Positions 54,311 through 55,140 of a DNA stretch of 55,140 bases are shown here, piece after piece (position 1 is the stretch's first letter; every line of letters begins with the position of its first letter). This DNA is from Acidimicrobiales bacterium. Its GTDB lineage: Bacteria; Actinomycetota; Acidimicrobiia; Acidimicrobiales; VFJN01. The notes beneath the pieces are model-generated. The model worked only from the letters and a program-made list of their open reading frames with translations. It did no database searches and had not been told where the DNA came from. The stretch is taken from NCBI GenBank assembly GCA_050744525.1, contig JBOGHG010000001.1:1-55140 (forward strand). The letters run 5' to 3'. Made by a program: the position numbers and the translations under genes.

Positions 54311-55126
54311 GTGGACGACTACCCGGTCAAGGTCGGCAGCATGCTCTTCACGCTGGTGGACCCCCACCGCGGCCACGAGGTCGCCTACAACCGCTGGTAC
54401 GAGCGTGATCACTTCTACGCCGGCTGCATGATCGGTCCGTGGCTGTTCGCCGGCGGGCGCTGGGTCGCAACCCGCGCCCTGAAGGACCTGCGGTTCCCCG
54501 CCGACAGTCCCTTCGCCGGCCCCGTGGACGCCGGCTCGTTCCTGTCCATCTACTGGGTGCACGCAGGGCACGAAGCGGAGCACTTCGCGTGGGCGACCAA
54601 GCAGGTGCGGTGGCTGTACAGCAACGGACGGGGCTTCGCCGAGCGGACGCACGCGCACACCGCGCTGTACTCCCTGGTCGCCCGCCATCACCGCGACGCC
54701 GACGGCGTGCCGCTGGAGCTGGCGCTCGACCACGGCTACGACGGGCTGGCCGTCGTGGTTGTCGAACCGTCCGCGGGGGTTGCCCGGGACGACCTGGTGG
54801 ACCGCCTGTCGGCGGACGCCGTCCCGGCCCTGTTCGAGCGCGACGGGGTCGGCGGCGTCGCCCTGGGCTCGACGTGGCGTGTCATGCCGATGAGAGGCCG
54901 GTCGGAGGGCGCACCGCCCCCGCCCATGGCGCTGGGCACCGACGGCGGCAGCGCCGATCGGGTGGTGCAGCTGCTGTTCCTGGAGGGTGACCCGGCGGCG
55001 TCGTGGGATCGCATCCGGGCCTACACGGATCGGGTCGACGGGGGCGGATCCGGCAGGGTGACGTTCGCGGCCCCGTTCCTGGCCACGGTGGTCGGGACCG
55101 ACACGTACACCGACCAGCTCTGGTGA
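54311..55126 (+). CDS. Conserved hypothetical protein
   Basis: 271 aa. GTG at 54311 follows AGGAG. Sequence: ...LFTLVDPHRGHEVAYNRWYERDHFYAGCM... The upstream part of the track ORF is a shadow of the SDR gene. Confidence 0.55.
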   Translation: MDDYPVKVGSMLFTLVDPHRGHEVAYNRWYERDHFYAGCMIGPWLFAGGRWVATRALKDLRFPADSPFAGPVDAGSFLSIYWVHAGHEAEHFAWATKQVRWLYSNGRGFAERTHAHTALYSLVARHHRDADGVPLELALDHGYDGLAVVVVEPSAGVARDDLVDRLSADAVPALFERDGVGGVALGSTWRVMPMRGRSEGAPPPPMALGTDGGSADRVVQLLFLEGDPAASWDRIRAYTDRVDGGGSGRVTFAAPFLATVVGTDTYTDQLW

Positions 55127-55140
55127 CTTCGGTCGGCGCG

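Noticed and set aside
1-55140. CRISPR arrays, rRNA genes and intact tRNA genes.
   Set aside because: Reading both strands showed no regularly spaced repeats, no rRNA-like conserved blocks and no complete cloverleaf. Only isolated T-loop-like strings were seen, inside coding regions or at 36038-36105.

Overview
High-GC, actinobacterial-type chromosomal segment with high third-position GC codon usage, F420/LLM oxidoreductases, many TetR/LuxR/ECF regulators, and frequent GTGA/ATGA start-stop overlaps. All product calls come from reading motifs in the supplied translations; no database search was possible. Most long ORFs in the six-frame track are antisense or out-of-frame shadows of real genes.

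Layout:
- 1-11 kb: housekeeping and small-regulon genes. These are a VapBC toxin-antitoxin pair, a secreted protein plus cytochrome c pair, glyA, a 5'-nucleotidase, LysR, an ECF41/SigJ-like sigma factor next to an oxidoreductase, and an ArsR-ABM-cupin-ADH operon.
- 11-15.5 kb: a large LuxR-HTH/STAND ATPase translationally coupled to a heme-binding-domain protein, followed by a DUF72 gene.
- 15.5-31.9 kb and 43.5-55 kb: two halves of a lipid/steroid-like catabolic supercluster. It contains TetRs, an enoyl-CoA hydratase, amidohydrolases, two acyl-CoA ligases, a MaoC/HadAB-like pair, LLM/F420 oxidoreductases, ALDH, ADH, SDRs, two adjacent acyl-CoA dehydrogenases, and an AurF-like diiron oxygenase.
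- About 31.86-43.47 kb: an accessory, decaying mobile region that separates these halves.

The accessory region holds the most unusual structure:
- An ISL3-derived element with perfect 8-bp target-site duplications. It carries a TPR gene as passenger and an internally deleted, frameshifted transposase.
- A frameshifted DUF222/HNH (13E12-type) gene.
- A 595-nt non-coding stretch ending in the conserved tmRNA 3' terminus CAGCTCCACCA.
- A roughly 5-kb module (LuxR, alpha/beta hydrolase, tyrosine recombinase, BrnTA-like toxin-antitoxin pair) bracketed by an 18-bp direct repeat.
- A methyltransferase, a Ser/Thr kinase, and a shattered phospholipase-D pseudogene.

A second decay scar at about 19.5 kb joins two 5'-deleted genes head to head. 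I found no rRNA, intact tRNA or CRISPR array. I cannot point to a clearly novel multi-gene system; the candidates worth follow-up are listed under findings with their uncertainties.
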